This document shows, piece by piece, positions 27,760-36,626 of a stretch of DNA of 41,744 nt (its first letter is position 1; each line of letters starts with the position of its first letter). The stretch comes from Arcobacter sp. (GTDB lineage Bacteria; Campylobacterota; Campylobacteria; Campylobacterales; Arcobacteraceae). The notes below the pieces were generated by a model that was not told where the DNA came from, ran no database searches, and saw only the letters and a program-made list of their open reading frames with translations. The DNA lies in NCBI GenBank assembly GCA_030635995.1, contig DAOVXU010000001.1, positions 1-41,744 on the forward strand. Direction: 5' to 3'. A program made the translations under genes and the position numbers.

Positions 27760-29771
27760 ACAGCCACCATCCCAAGGTAATAACATCTCATACATCTCTC
27801 AGCTTCTGCTTGCGCTTCTTCAGCTGTAAAACCTAGATTTACCTCTTTATTATTGTCTTTTCTCACTTCAGTTGCTAGTTTTTCACTCACTTCTCGCAGG
27901 ATGCCTGGCATCCAACCTGTAATTTTTTCTTTTTTATTATAAACTTTAAGTTTATTCATATGATCTTCCATAATCTCTTCATCTGTAAGTGTTATTTTAC
28001 CATCATATATATATCTACTAATTACAGAAGCTGCTCGTCTTGCTTGTCCAACAGCATTTACAATAGTCATAGGACCATATTCACAATCTCCTGCTGCAAA
28101 AAGCCCATCTCTATTTGTCATATAATCTTTACCATTAGTTTGTAATGTACCCCATGAAGTCATCTCTAATTCCCATTCTTTTGGTAATATTTGAAGATCA
28201 CAAGCTTGTGAAACTGCTGGAATTACAAAATCACACTCTATTTCAAAGTCTGCACCCTCTATTTTTACTAATTGAGCTCTACCACCATTTGGATCTGGAA
28301 CTAATTCATATTTATTTACAATTAAGGATGTTAATTGTCCTTCATCATCAAATAACTCTTGAATAGCACTATGAAAAATAAACTCAACACCCTCTTCTAC
28401 TGCTTCAGTATATTCTTCTAAAGTTGTATTTCTAATAATTGTTTTTTCATCTCTTCTATAAAGCATAACAACTCTTTTTGCACCTTCACGAATAGAACAT
28501 CTAACAACATCCATAGAGGTAAATCCACCACCAACACAAACTACAGTTTTACCTTTTAATTCATTTGAAGCAGGAGATCCAATTTTAAATTTATGCCATA
28601 AGTTAACCTTATCAAGCATCTCTATTGCACCCCAGTAACCTTTCATCTCAGTGTTCTCATTTCCACATCTAATAGCTTTACTAAGTCTTGCTCCAAATCC
28701 TAGTAAAGTAGCATCAAATTCCTCTTCAATCTCTTTAAGTCTAGTAGCTGATACTCTATGATTTGTAATAACTTCAACACACTCTAAATCTGTTACAAGT
28801 TTAATATCTTCATTATATTTATCAAAAGGCATTCTATATTCTGGAACACCCACTGTAACTTCACCACCAAGTACTGGTAATTCTTCAAAAATAGTTACCC
28901 TAATACCTTGAATTGCTAAATAATATGCAGCTGTTAAACCTGCTGGTCCAGCTCCTATAATTGCAACTCTTTTACCATCATTTTTAGATTTTGCAGGTTC
29001 AATAGGATGAATCCAAGGAAGATTATGATCAGTTTCATAATCTGCTCCAATTCTTTTTAATTCCATAATTGAAATTGGCTCATCCAAATTTGTTCGTCTA
29101 CAAGCATCTTCACAAGGATGAGGACAAACTCTTCCACAAACATGAGCTAATGGCATATGTTCTCTTGTAGCACTTAATGTTGCTTCAAAATCTAAATCTC
29201 TAACACCTTCAATATATGCAGGAATATCAATATGCGTAGGACACATATCACTACATGGAGCTGTTACATTTGCTATATATTTACTATCATCAACATCATA
29301 CCAAGGAGATTTTTTTTGTTCTTTAATTAAGTCAAAAAAATCTTTTTCAAAATACTGTATCATTTGTAAAATTGGAACAGGAACTGTCTTACCAATTTCA
29401 CATTTACTTGTACTTGTCATAGTGGAACTTATCTCTTTTAAATGATCTAAATCAGAAAATTCACCCTCACCACGAGCAATTTTATCAAGCATGTCATATA
29501 GTATTCTTCCACCCCATCTTCCAGGAGCACATCGACCACAAGCTTCAGAATATTCTTGGTATTGTCTTGCATAATTTAATGCAAGTTTAACAATATCTAC
29601 ATCTTTGGTAAAAAGAGCAAATCCATCCCAACCAACAAAAGCTTTAGTTTGTGTATCTGCATCATAATTTACTGGTAATTTAGCTGATACTTCTTTCCAA
29701 TCATCAATATTATCAATATCTCGATTGTCAATTATATCATCTTGCCAGCTTGAAAAATATACTTTACTCAC
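27756..29771 (-). CDS. chimeric flavoprotein in the NuoF slot: NuoF C-terminal Fe-S segment fused to a GltD/SfrB-type FAD-NAD(P)H oxidoreductase
   Basis: Residues ~44-150 (AFVGWDGFALFTKDVDIV...YSEACGRCAPGRWGG...SKCEIGK) resemble the NuoF N3-cluster region. CGRCAPG lies at nt 29520-29540. Next come CPTHIDIPAYI, CGRVCPHPCEDAC, VAIIGAGPAGLTAAYYLA (GAGPAG at nt 28938-28955), VVCVGGGFTSMD...MLYRRD and LFAAGDC. The protein ends in RCMRC. GTG start has AGGA 7 nt upstream. No FMN-domain motifs seen. Confidence 0.75.
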   Translation of the reverse strand: MSKVYFSSWQDDIIDNRDIDNIDDWKEVSAKLPVNYDADTQTKAFVGWDGFALFTKDVDIVKLALNYARQYQEYSEACGRCAPGRWGGRILYDMLDKIARGEGEFSDLDHLKEISSTMTSTSKCEIGKTVPVPILQMIQYFEKDFFDLIKEQKKSPWYDVDDSKYIANVTAPCSDMCPTHIDIPAYIEGVRDLDFEATLSATREHMPLAHVCGRVCPHPCEDACRRTNLDEPISIMELKRIGADYETDHNLPWIHPIEPAKSKNDGKRVAIIGAGPAGLTAAYYLAIQGIRVTIFEELPVLGGEVTVGVPEYRMPFDKYNEDIKLVTDLECVEVITNHRVSATRLKEIEEEFDATLLGFGARLSKAIRCGNENTEMKGYWGAIEMLDKVNLWHKFKIGSPASNELKGKTVVCVGGGFTSMDVVRCSIREGAKRVVMLYRRDEKTIIRNTTLEEYTEAVEEGVEFIFHSAIQELFDDEGQLTSLIVNKYELVPDPNGGRAQLVKIEGADFEIECDFVIPAVSQACDLQILPKEWELEMTSWGTLQTNGKDYMTNRDGLFAAGDCEYGPMTIVNAVGQARRAASVISRYIYDGKITLTDEEIMEDHMNKLKVYNKKEKITGWMPGILREVSEKLATEVRKDNNKEVNLGFTAEEAQAEAERCMRCYYLGMVAV

Positions 29772-29786
29772 TTTAAAATCCTATAA

Positions 29787-30050
29787 TTATTCTGCTGAAC
29801 TTTCATCAACTTCTACTACTGGTACTGTTTTTTTAATAACTACAGTCCAATCTACTTCATTAAATTTTAAAGAATTCATTAAAGTCCAATTATTTTCTTT
29901 TACAATATCAGCAACATTTTGTACTGGAGAAAAATCTCCAATTTCAAAAAGAAAAATTCCATTTTCATCTTCTACAATTTCACTATTCATTAACTCTACT
30001 AATCTATCAGTAAAATTATCATTTAATTCTCTTAAATCATATCTTTTCAT
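29787..30050 (-). CDS. small acidic Cys-free protein in the NuoE slot (function unknown)
   Basis: 87-aa ORF with no cysteine, so it cannot be a 2Fe-2S NuoE. Its ATG overlaps the nuoD stop (TAATG), and the next gene starts 16 nt after its stop. Coding status is supported by operon fit only. Confidence 0.6.
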   Translation of the reverse strand: MKRYDLRELNDNFTDRLVELMNSEIVEDENGIFLFEIGDFSPVQNVADIVKENNWTLMNSLKFNEVDWTVVIKKTVPVVEVDESSAE

Positions 30051-31276
30051 TATCTATCTATCTCCCCAAATACTATATTTAGGTTACCAATAATTGTAAC
30101 AACATCAGCTAATTGATGACCAGGAAGTAAATCTTGTAATACACCTGTATGCCAAAAGCTCGGAGCTCTAAGTTTCATTCTATATGGATATGGTGAACCA
30201 TCACTTACAACAAAATAGCCTAACTCACCTTTTGGCGATTCAGTTGCTATATAAACTTCTCCTACTGGTGGTCTCATACCCTGAGTTACCAAAACAAAAT
30301 GTTGCATCAAAGAATAATTTTGAGTCATCATATCCTCTTTAGTAGAAGATATATATTCAGGTGAATGAGCCATAAGTTGAGTATCACTTTGCTCATACAT
30401 AGGGATAAGTTGTTTTAATATTCTCATCGATTGATGCATCTCCGCCATATGTAATTTATATCTAGCATATGAATCACCTTTATCAGATGTAGGAATATCA
30501 AAATCTAATTCTGGATAAAGTCCATATGGCATCTCTTTTCTTAAATCCCATTTAACACCAGAAGCTCTTAAAACTAAACCTGTACATCCCCAACTTCTTG
30601 CCATTTTAGAATCAATAACACCTACATTTTCAAGTCTCATTCTCCAAATTCTATTTTTTGTAAGAAGACCTTCATAGATACCTATTTGTTCCGTTAAGAT
30701 ACCCATGAATTTTTCCATTTGTGCTATCCAACCAACAGGTAAATCTAAAGGTACACCTCCAATTCTTACTGCACTATGAGTAAGTCTAGCTCCACAATAA
30801 TCTTCCATAAGATCCATTGCAAATTCTCTTTCTCTAAACGCATATAAAAATACAGACATAGCACCAACATCAAGTGCATGAGTAGCAAGCCAGAAAAGAT
30901 GTGAGATAAGTCTATTTATTTCAAGAAGCATTGTTCTTATCACTTCAGCTCGTCTAGGTGCTTCAACTCCAATAAGTTTTTCTATTGCTAAAGCATAACC
31001 ATAGTTATTTGAAGTTGCTGCAATATAATCTGTTCTATCAGTTGTAGGTAGAAATTCATTATACATCATATTCTCACCCATTTTTTCTATACCTCTATGA
31101 AGGTATCCAACATCTGGATGAGCTTTTACTACCTCTTCACCTTGAAGCTCTAAAATAAGTCTTAACTGACCATGAGCAGATGGATGTTGAGGACCAAAGT
31201 TAACAACCATAGTGTTGTCATCTCTATCAAATGTAATATTTTCAAAAAATGGTTTTAATCTATTGACTTGTTGCAT
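30050..31276 (-). CDS. nuoD: NADH:quinone oxidoreductase subunit D
   Basis: [31 protein letters not shown]-terminal [18 protein letters not shown]. Confidence 0.95.
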   Translation of the reverse strand: MQQVNRLKPFFENITFDRDDNTMVVNFGPQHPSAHGQLRLILELQGEEVVKAHPDVGYLHRGIEKMGENMMYNEFLPTTDRTDYIAATSNNYGYALAIEKLIGVEAPRRAEVIRTMLLEINRLISHLFWLATHALDVGAMSVFLYAFREREFAMDLMEDYCGARLTHSAVRIGGVPLDLPVGWIAQMEKFMGILTEQIGIYEGLLTKNRIWRMRLENVGVIDSKMARSWGCTGLVLRASGVKWDLRKEMPYGLYPELDFDIPTSDKGDSYARYKLHMAEMHQSMRILKQLIPMYEQSDTQLMAHSPEYISSTKEDMMTQNYSLMQHFVLVTQGMRPPVGEVYIATESPKGELGYFVVSDGSPYPYRMKLRAPSFWHTGVLQDLLPGHQLADVVTIIGNLNIVFGEIDR

Positions 31277-31278
31277 AA

Positions 31279-32100
31279 TTATCTTCTCTCTTCTAAATTT
31301 GTTGGTTCAATTTCATCAAATGGAGTTACAAGTTTTTTACCAAATAATTGTACTCCACCCTCTTCTTGATATCTTACAGGTGTATCTGGTTCTTTACCAT
31401 CTGTAATATCTGTACCAAATGGAACTTCATGACCAAGTCTTGAAAATCTTGTAGTATCATATCTATCAATAGCAGCTGCATCTCTTATCTCTGGACCAAT
31501 AACATCTCTTGCTTCTTTTCCAAATATTTTATCAACTTCATACCATTGTGCTGATTCATCACCATGCAATGGATAAGTTTTAAGTAAAGGATGACCTGTC
31601 CAATCATCTGGCATAAGAATTCTTTTTAACATAGGATGATTATTTGCAACTATTCCAAACATATCAAACATCTCTCTCTCAGACCAATTTGCCATTCTAA
31701 ATAATGGTTCAACTGATTCAATTGCTTGACCCTCTTTAATAAAAGTTTTGACTCTTAGTCTTTTTCTTTTTGATGTAGATAACATCTCATAAAAAACTTC
31801 AAACCCACCTCTAGTAGCAACATAATCAACTGCACTAAGTTCCATTAAAAAATCATATGCACAAATATCTCTTAAATGCTTAATAGCTTCAATATTATCT
31901 TGTGGTACAATATGTAAAACTAAATGATCTAATTCTATATATGCTTCACTTATTTCAACTTTATTTTTTAAACTTAAATAAGCATTACTTAAAGTCGAAT
32001 CACTATATACTGATTTTCTTTGTAATGTAGGTTTAACAAAAAATCTATCGCTATAATATGATTTTGCTTGTACATTATCTTTTGGTTTATAAGCTCTCAT
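31279..32100 (-). CDS. nuoC: NADH:quinone oxidoreductase subunit C
   Basis: [20 protein letters not shown] and [18 protein letters not shown]. Abuts nuoB and nuoD. Confidence 0.92.
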   Translation of the reverse strand: MRAYKPKDNVQAKSYYSDRFFVKPTLQRKSVYSDSTLSNAYLSLKNKVEISEAYIELDHLVLHIVPQDNIEAIKHLRDICAYDFLMELSAVDYVATRGGFEVFYEMLSTSKRKRLRVKTFIKEGQAIESVEPLFRMANWSEREMFDMFGIVANNHPMLKRILMPDDWTGHPLLKTYPLHGDESAQWYEVDKIFGKEARDVIGPEIRDAAAIDRYDTTRFSRLGHEVPFGTDITDGKEPDTPVRYQEEGGVQLFGKKLVTPFDEIEPTNLEERR

Positions 32101-32610
32101 CTATATCAACCTTTTTGCTTTTTGAGCCAATCCAGCTGGCTGTCTTCTTATTTTTCTTTGTAACATCATCAACGCATATTGCAATGTCTCTGGTCTAGGA
32201 GCACATCCTGGAAGATAAATATCAACAGGTACTATTCTATCCACACCTTGAACTGTTGCATATGTATTAAACATACCACCAGTATTTGCACAACTACCCA
32301 TAGAGATTACCCATTTTGGATCTGGCATTTGGTCATATAATCTTCTCATAAACTCTGAATGTTTTTTTGTTAGAGTTCCTGCAACAATAATAACATCAGA
32401 TTGCCTAGGAGATGCTCTAAATATAGTACCAAATCTATCAAAATCAAATCTTGATGCACCTGAAGCCATCATCTCAATAGCACAACATGCTAATCCATAA
32501 GTCATTGGCCAAAGCGAATTACTTCGTCCAAAATTTACTATTTTATCTACTGTTGTAAGAGCAATAGGTGCCCCTCCATCTTGTAAATAGTTTACTTTAT
32601 GCTGTGCCAT
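32101..32610 (-). CDS. nuoB: NADH:quinone oxidoreductase subunit B (N2 cluster)
   Basis: [30 protein letters not shown]. Confidence 0.95.
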   Translation of the reverse strand: MAQHKVNYLQDGGAPIALTTVDKIVNFGRSNSLWPMTYGLACCAIEMMASGASRFDFDRFGTIFRASPRQSDVIIVAGTLTKKHSEFMRRLYDQMPDPKWVISMGSCANTGGMFNTYATVQGVDRIVPVDIYLPGCAPRPETLQYALMMLQRKIRRQPAGLAQKAKRLI

Positions 32611-32981
32611 TCAAGCGCTCCTTTTTTCCATGCATATATAAATCCAATTGTTAATAAAATAATAAATGTTATCATTTCAATAAATCCAAACCATCCAAGA
32701 ACTTTAAAATCAACAGCCCAAGGAAACATAAATATAATCTCAACATCAAATAAAATAAATAATAATGCCATTAGATAAAATTGTACAGAGATAGTGTTAG
32801 GTTGCTTAGTAACCTCTGGTCCACACTCGTATAATGTACATTTTAATTTTTCTGTATCAAGTCTTGCTAGTTTTCTACTTACAAATCTCGATAACATAGT
32901 TGTTGCGGTAAATGCTCCAAATGTTACTATAAACATAACAAAAGCACCAAAATAAGGATGTGCAAAATCCATATGTTCCAT
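32592..32981 (-). CDS. nuoA: NADH:quinone oxidoreductase subunit A
   Basis: 3-TM protein with YECGPEV and [22 protein letters not shown] Shine-Dalgarno lies 5 nt upstream of the ATG. First gene of the operon. Confidence 0.9.
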   Translation of the reverse strand: MEHMDFAHPYFGAFVMFIVTFGAFTATTMLSRFVSRKLARLDTEKLKCTLYECGPEVTKQPNTISVQFYLMALLFILFDVEIIFMFPWAVDFKVLGWFGFIEMITFIILLTIGFIYAWKKGALEWHSIK

Positions 32982-33095
32982 ATTTTCCCCTTCAAATCAA
33001 TAATTATTTATATAATTCATTGACAATAATTAGGCTTATCTTAGCAAAATTACTTTAAATCCTAACTTACTTAACTTTTAGTATCTATTCCAATA

Positions 33096-33130
33096 AGTAA
33101 ATTTTGTATCAAATTGTTACAAAATTTACT
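33096..33130. repeat. 35-nt near-perfect palindrome (13-bp perfect arms) centred in the nuoA / cbiH-like divergent intergenic region
   Basis: agtaaattttgta (33096-33108) and tacaaaatttact (33118-33130) are exact reverse complements. The 9-nt spacer tcaaattgt is itself palindromic except for one t/t position. The centre (33113) falls within about 2 nt of the midpoint of the 266-nt intergenic region. Confidence 0.6.
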
Positions 33131-33247
33131 ATCAAAACTATATTTAATTTTACAAGTTATTTTTATAAATATTGTAATAGTAACTATTAATGAGAATTAA
33201 ATACTATACAATATATAATGCAACAAAATTAATATAAAAGATAAAAA

Positions 33248-34033
33248 ATGAATAGATTATATATAGTAAGTAGTGGTGCTGGTGGAGTTGATTATCTAAC
33301 ATCTCAAGCTAAAAATGCAATAGAAGATAGCGATGTGATTGTTAGCTATACAAAATATGCAAAAGAGTTACAAGATATATTAAAAGATAAAGAGATTTAT
33401 ACCTCTGGAATGACACATGAAATTGATAGATGTAACCAAGCGATACAATATGCCCTAGAGGGGAAAACTACTTCTATAATTAGCAATGGAGATGTAAATG
33501 TTTTTGCAATGGCTACTTTAATTGTAGAATTAGTTGATGAAAAAAATCTATGGGATAAAATAGAAGTTATATCAGTTCCAGGTGTTACATCATTTTTAGC
33601 AGCAGCTTCTAAAATAGGAGCTCCTATTAGTCAAGATTTTGCTGTTATATCTCTTTCTGATAGACTTACAGATATAAATATTATTGATAAAAGGATAAAG
33701 GCAACTTTACAAAGTGATTTTATTATAGGTATTTACAATCCAAAATCAAAAACAAGAGTAGCTCCATATAAAAACTTTTTAAAAGCTTTAAAAGATGAAG
33801 AGGAGAGAATTATAATCATTGCTTCAAATGTTGGAAGAGAAAAAGAAAAAATTTCTATAACAAATAGTAAGGATTTAATCACTCAAGATATCAACCATCC
33901 ACTAGTATCTATGAGTACACTTATAATTGTTTGTAATTCAAATAGTTATCTAACTAAAAATGGCAAAGTCTTAACTCCCAGAGGATACTTAAAAAAATAT
34001 GATACAAAAGGTGAATTAAAAAATGAAAATTAA
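33248..34033 (+). CDS. cbiH: precorrin-3B / cobalt-factor III C17-methyltransferase family protein (CbiH/CobJ-like)
   Basis: Collinear with CbiH as I remember it: LYIVSSGAGG, VIVSYTKY, TSGMTHEIDRCNQAIQYALEG, IISNGDVNVFAMA, PGVTSFLAAASKIGAP, ISLSDRLT, IGIYNPKSK, and C-terminal LTPRGY. Confidence 0.78.
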   Translation: MNRLYIVSSGAGGVDYLTSQAKNAIEDSDVIVSYTKYAKELQDILKDKEIYTSGMTHEIDRCNQAIQYALEGKTTSIISNGDVNVFAMATLIVELVDEKNLWDKIEVISVPGVTSFLAAASKIGAPISQDFAVISLSDRLTDINIIDKRIKATLQSDFIIGIYNPKSKTRVAPYKNFLKALKDEEERIIIIASNVGREKEKISITNSKDLITQDINHPLVSMSTLIIVCNSNSYLTKNGKVLTPRGYLKKYDTKGELKNEN

Positions 34034-35087
34034 TACAATAAATGGATCAAAAGATTTTATAGAATCATTAAGAGGTAAAACTGCTACATTTATTTTAAGT
34101 ATCTCTACAACAAAAACTTGTGAAATTAAAGGTATAACTCAAGCTGGACTTCCTGGACTTATTAGCTTAACACCAACTTTAGATGCTGAATTTTTAGCTA
34201 TTGGAGAGGTGAGAAGTTTAGAAAATATAGCCGAAACTCCTAAAGGCGTTCCAACACCTGCACTTATTACTCGTGCAGTACATCTTGAACATCCATTTAA
34301 AAGAATTGAATTTTTAAATCTTGGGGTTGATAATATACCAAAAATAGATTATTTTCAAATTCATAATTTTGATATAAAAAAAAGTGAAGCAATAGATACA
34401 AATGCAAAAATAAATGCCTTAGAACTATTTCAAAAAGGTGTTGAGTTTGGTAAAAATTATATATGTAAAGATGATTATATAATTTTAGGAGAATCAGTTC
34501 CTTCAGGAACTACTACAGCTGAAGCTACCGCACAAGCGATGGGTTATGATGTAGCAGAAAAATTTAGTAGTAGTTTTAAAAATAATCCAACAAATATCAA
34601 AAATCAAACAATAAAAAAAGCATTAAATAACATAAATAATGAAGATGAACTATTTCAAATATTAGGAAAAGTAAGTGATAATATGCTTATATTTAATGCT
34701 GGATTTCTTTTAGGAAATAGCTACACCAGAACTAAAATATTACTTGCAGGTGGTACACAAATGGCTGCATTACTTCTTGTAGTAAATTCGATTGTAAAGT
34801 ATATGGATGGTCAATTTGATAGTTCAAATATTGCTTTATGTACAACTTCTTGGGTAGCTAATGATGAAGATTCTAACATTATTTCGATATTAAATATGAA
34901 TGATTTTAAAGTAAATGCTTATGCAAGCAATTTTAACTTTTCAAATTCTTCCCATCCTGCACTAAAACTCTATGAAGATGGTGAAGCTAAAGAGGGTGTT
35001 GGTGCAGGTGGAGCTTTAATATATGCTTCTTTAAATGGTATAGAGCAAAATCAAATTACAAATAGAGTTGAAAGTTTATTAGGATAA
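34023..35087 (+). CDS. CobT-like phosphoribosyltransferase, archaeal / UPF0284 (TIGR00303-like) type
   Basis: LGESVPSGTTTAEATAQAMG and LLAGGTQMAALLLV match my recollection of the UPF0284 / archaeal CobT family. Overlaps the cbiH-like gene by 11 nt. Family call is from memory only. Confidence 0.55.
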   Translation: MKINTINGSKDFIESLRGKTATFILSISTTKTCEIKGITQAGLPGLISLTPTLDAEFLAIGEVRSLENIAETPKGVPTPALITRAVHLEHPFKRIEFLNLGVDNIPKIDYFQIHNFDIKKSEAIDTNAKINALELFQKGVEFGKNYICKDDYIILGESVPSGTTTAEATAQAMGYDVAEKFSSSFKNNPTNIKNQTIKKALNNINNEDELFQILGKVSDNMLIFNAGFLLGNSYTRTKILLAGGTQMAALLLVVNSIVKYMDGQFDSSNIALCTTSWVANDEDSNIISILNMNDFKVNAYASNFNFSNSSHPALKLYEDGEAKEGVGAGGALIYASLNGIEQNQITNRVESLLG

Positions 35088-35091
35088 ATAT

Positions 35092-36027
35092 TTGACTTTA
35101 AAAGAAAAATTAAATTATTATGGAGCAAAAAAAGAACCATTCTTTTTTACTATTAGTTATGATTTATCATCTTGGGATGTAATATCTTTATCAAAATTGC
35201 CAGATGATATTTTATATTCAATAGATGATAATATAAAAGAGGAACATAATTTAAATTTGTCAAAAGAGTTTATCACAAAAGATAGCTATAAAAATAAATT
35301 TGATAAAGTTATTAATGAGATAAAAAATGGAAATACATATTTACTAAATTTAACTACAAAAACAATATTAAAAAATAAGTTAGATTTTAAAGATATATTT
35401 ATCAATAGTTCTGCTAAATATAAATTGATGTATAAAGATAAATTTATAAGCTTTTCTCCAGAAACATTTATCAAAATATCAGATAATAAAATAAATACCT
35501 TCCCTATGAAAGGGACTATTGATGCAAATATCAAAGATGCTAAAAATAAAATTTTAAATGATAAAAAAGAGTTAGCAGAACATATTATGATAGTTGATCT
35601 TATGAGAAATGATTTAAATATTGTTGCATCAAATATTAAAGTTGATGATTTTAGATATATTGATAAGATAAAAGCTGGTGAAAAACAATTATTACAAGTA
35701 AGTTCCCATATTAGTGGTGATTTAAAAGCAGACTGGAATAAAAATATTGGTGATATTTTAATACCACTTTTACCCGCAGGAAGTATTACAGGTACTCCAA
35801 AGAAAAAAACAGTTGAGATTATAAAAAATATTGAAGAGTATAATAGAGATTATTTTACAGGTATTTGGGGTATTTATGATGGAAAAACTTTAAATAGTGC
35901 AATTTTAATTAGATTTATTGAAACTTTAAATAATAATTTCTTTTATAAAAGTGGTGGTGGTATCACACTTGATAGTGATTGTGATGCAGAATATAATGAG
36001 ATGAAAGATAAAGTTTATATACCTTAA
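35092..36027 (+). CDS. pabB: aminodeoxychorismate synthase component I, minimal form
   Basis: Chorismate-binding core: FSPETFIK, FPMKGT (the Lys is the PabB-type nucleophile; TrpE has Ala here), HIMIVDLMRNDL, PAGSITGTPKKKTVEII, RDYFTGIWG, SGGGITLDSD. TTG start lies 4 nt after the upstream stop. Lacks the N-terminal ~140 aa of E. coli PabB. Confidence 0.75.
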   Translation: MTLKEKLNYYGAKKEPFFFTISYDLSSWDVISLSKLPDDILYSIDDNIKEEHNLNLSKEFITKDSYKNKFDKVINEIKNGNTYLLNLTTKTILKNKLDFKDIFINSSAKYKLMYKDKFISFSPETFIKISDNKINTFPMKGTIDANIKDAKNKILNDKKELAEHIMIVDLMRNDLNIVASNIKVDDFRYIDKIKAGEKQLLQVSSHISGDLKADWNKNIGDILIPLLPAGSITGTPKKKTVEIIKNIEEYNRDYFTGIWGIYDGKTLNSAILIRFIETLNNNFFYKSGGGITLDSDCDAEYNEMKDKVYIP

Positions 36028-36036
36028 AGAGTTAAA

Positions 36037-36606
36037 ATGAAAAGTGAAAAATATATAGAAACCATAAAATGTGATGATTATAAAGTTTATAATTTAGAAT
36101 ACCACAAAAAAAGGATGGCAAATAGTGTTGGAAAAAACTTTGCTTTAGAGGAATATATCTATCCTCCAAATGAAAAATTATTAAAATGTAAAGTTATATA
36201 TGATGAAAATGAGATAATAGATATTAGTTATGATACTTATAAACAAAGACAAATTAATAGTTTTAAAATAATAAAAGATGATAATATTGTATATAATAAA
36301 AAATCGACAAATAGAGATGATATAAACTATCTATTTTCAAAAAAAGAATTAGCCAATGATATAATCATTTTAAAAAATGGATTAATAACAGATACTTCAA
36401 TTGCAAATATTGCAATATGGTTTAATGATTCTTGGATAACACCGAAAATACCTTTACTTTTAGGGACTACAAGAGCAAGATATATTGATGAAAATATTAT
36501 AAAAGAGGAAAATATTACATTAGATATGCTAAATAATACAACTAAAATTGCACTTCTTAATGCTATGGTTGATTTCAATATATTAGATAATTTTGATATA
36601 ATCTAA
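36037..36606 (+). CDS. pabC: aminodeoxychorismate lyase-like protein (class IV aminotransferase fold, short)
   Basis: NLEYHKKRM, YNKKSTNRDD (Lys-Thr/Ser-x-Asn-Arg type PLP-Lys context), IIILKNGLITDTSIANIAIW, PLLLGTTRARYI. Position directly after pabB. Confidence 0.6.
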   Translation: MKSEKYIETIKCDDYKVYNLEYHKKRMANSVGKNFALEEYIYPPNEKLLKCKVIYDENEIIDISYDTYKQRQINSFKIIKDDNIVYNKKSTNRDDINYLFSKKELANDIIILKNGLITDTSIANIAIWFNDSWITPKIPLLLGTTRARYIDENIIKEENITLDMLNNTTKIALLNAMVDFNILDNFDII

Positions 36607-36626
36607 TAATTAAAAAAGGGAAAAAT

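Noticed and set aside
25480-27795. Longer 771-aa version of the upstream NuoG paralogue, starting MYEMLLPWDGGC
   Set aside because: The extra 12 codons lie entirely inside the 3' end of the preceding gene. The internal ATG at 27759 gives an ATGA stop/start overlap, and its N-terminus (MSTKSEHRNKPITINIDGK) aligns with the paralogue's MSELITVNIDGK.
32982-33247. Possible cobalamin riboswitch or small RNA in the 266-nt region upstream of the cbiH-like gene
   Set aside because: I found no B12-box-like GCCACTG core and no GC-rich helices. The region is almost pure A/T, and the only ORF is a 15-codon one. Only the central palindrome is reported.
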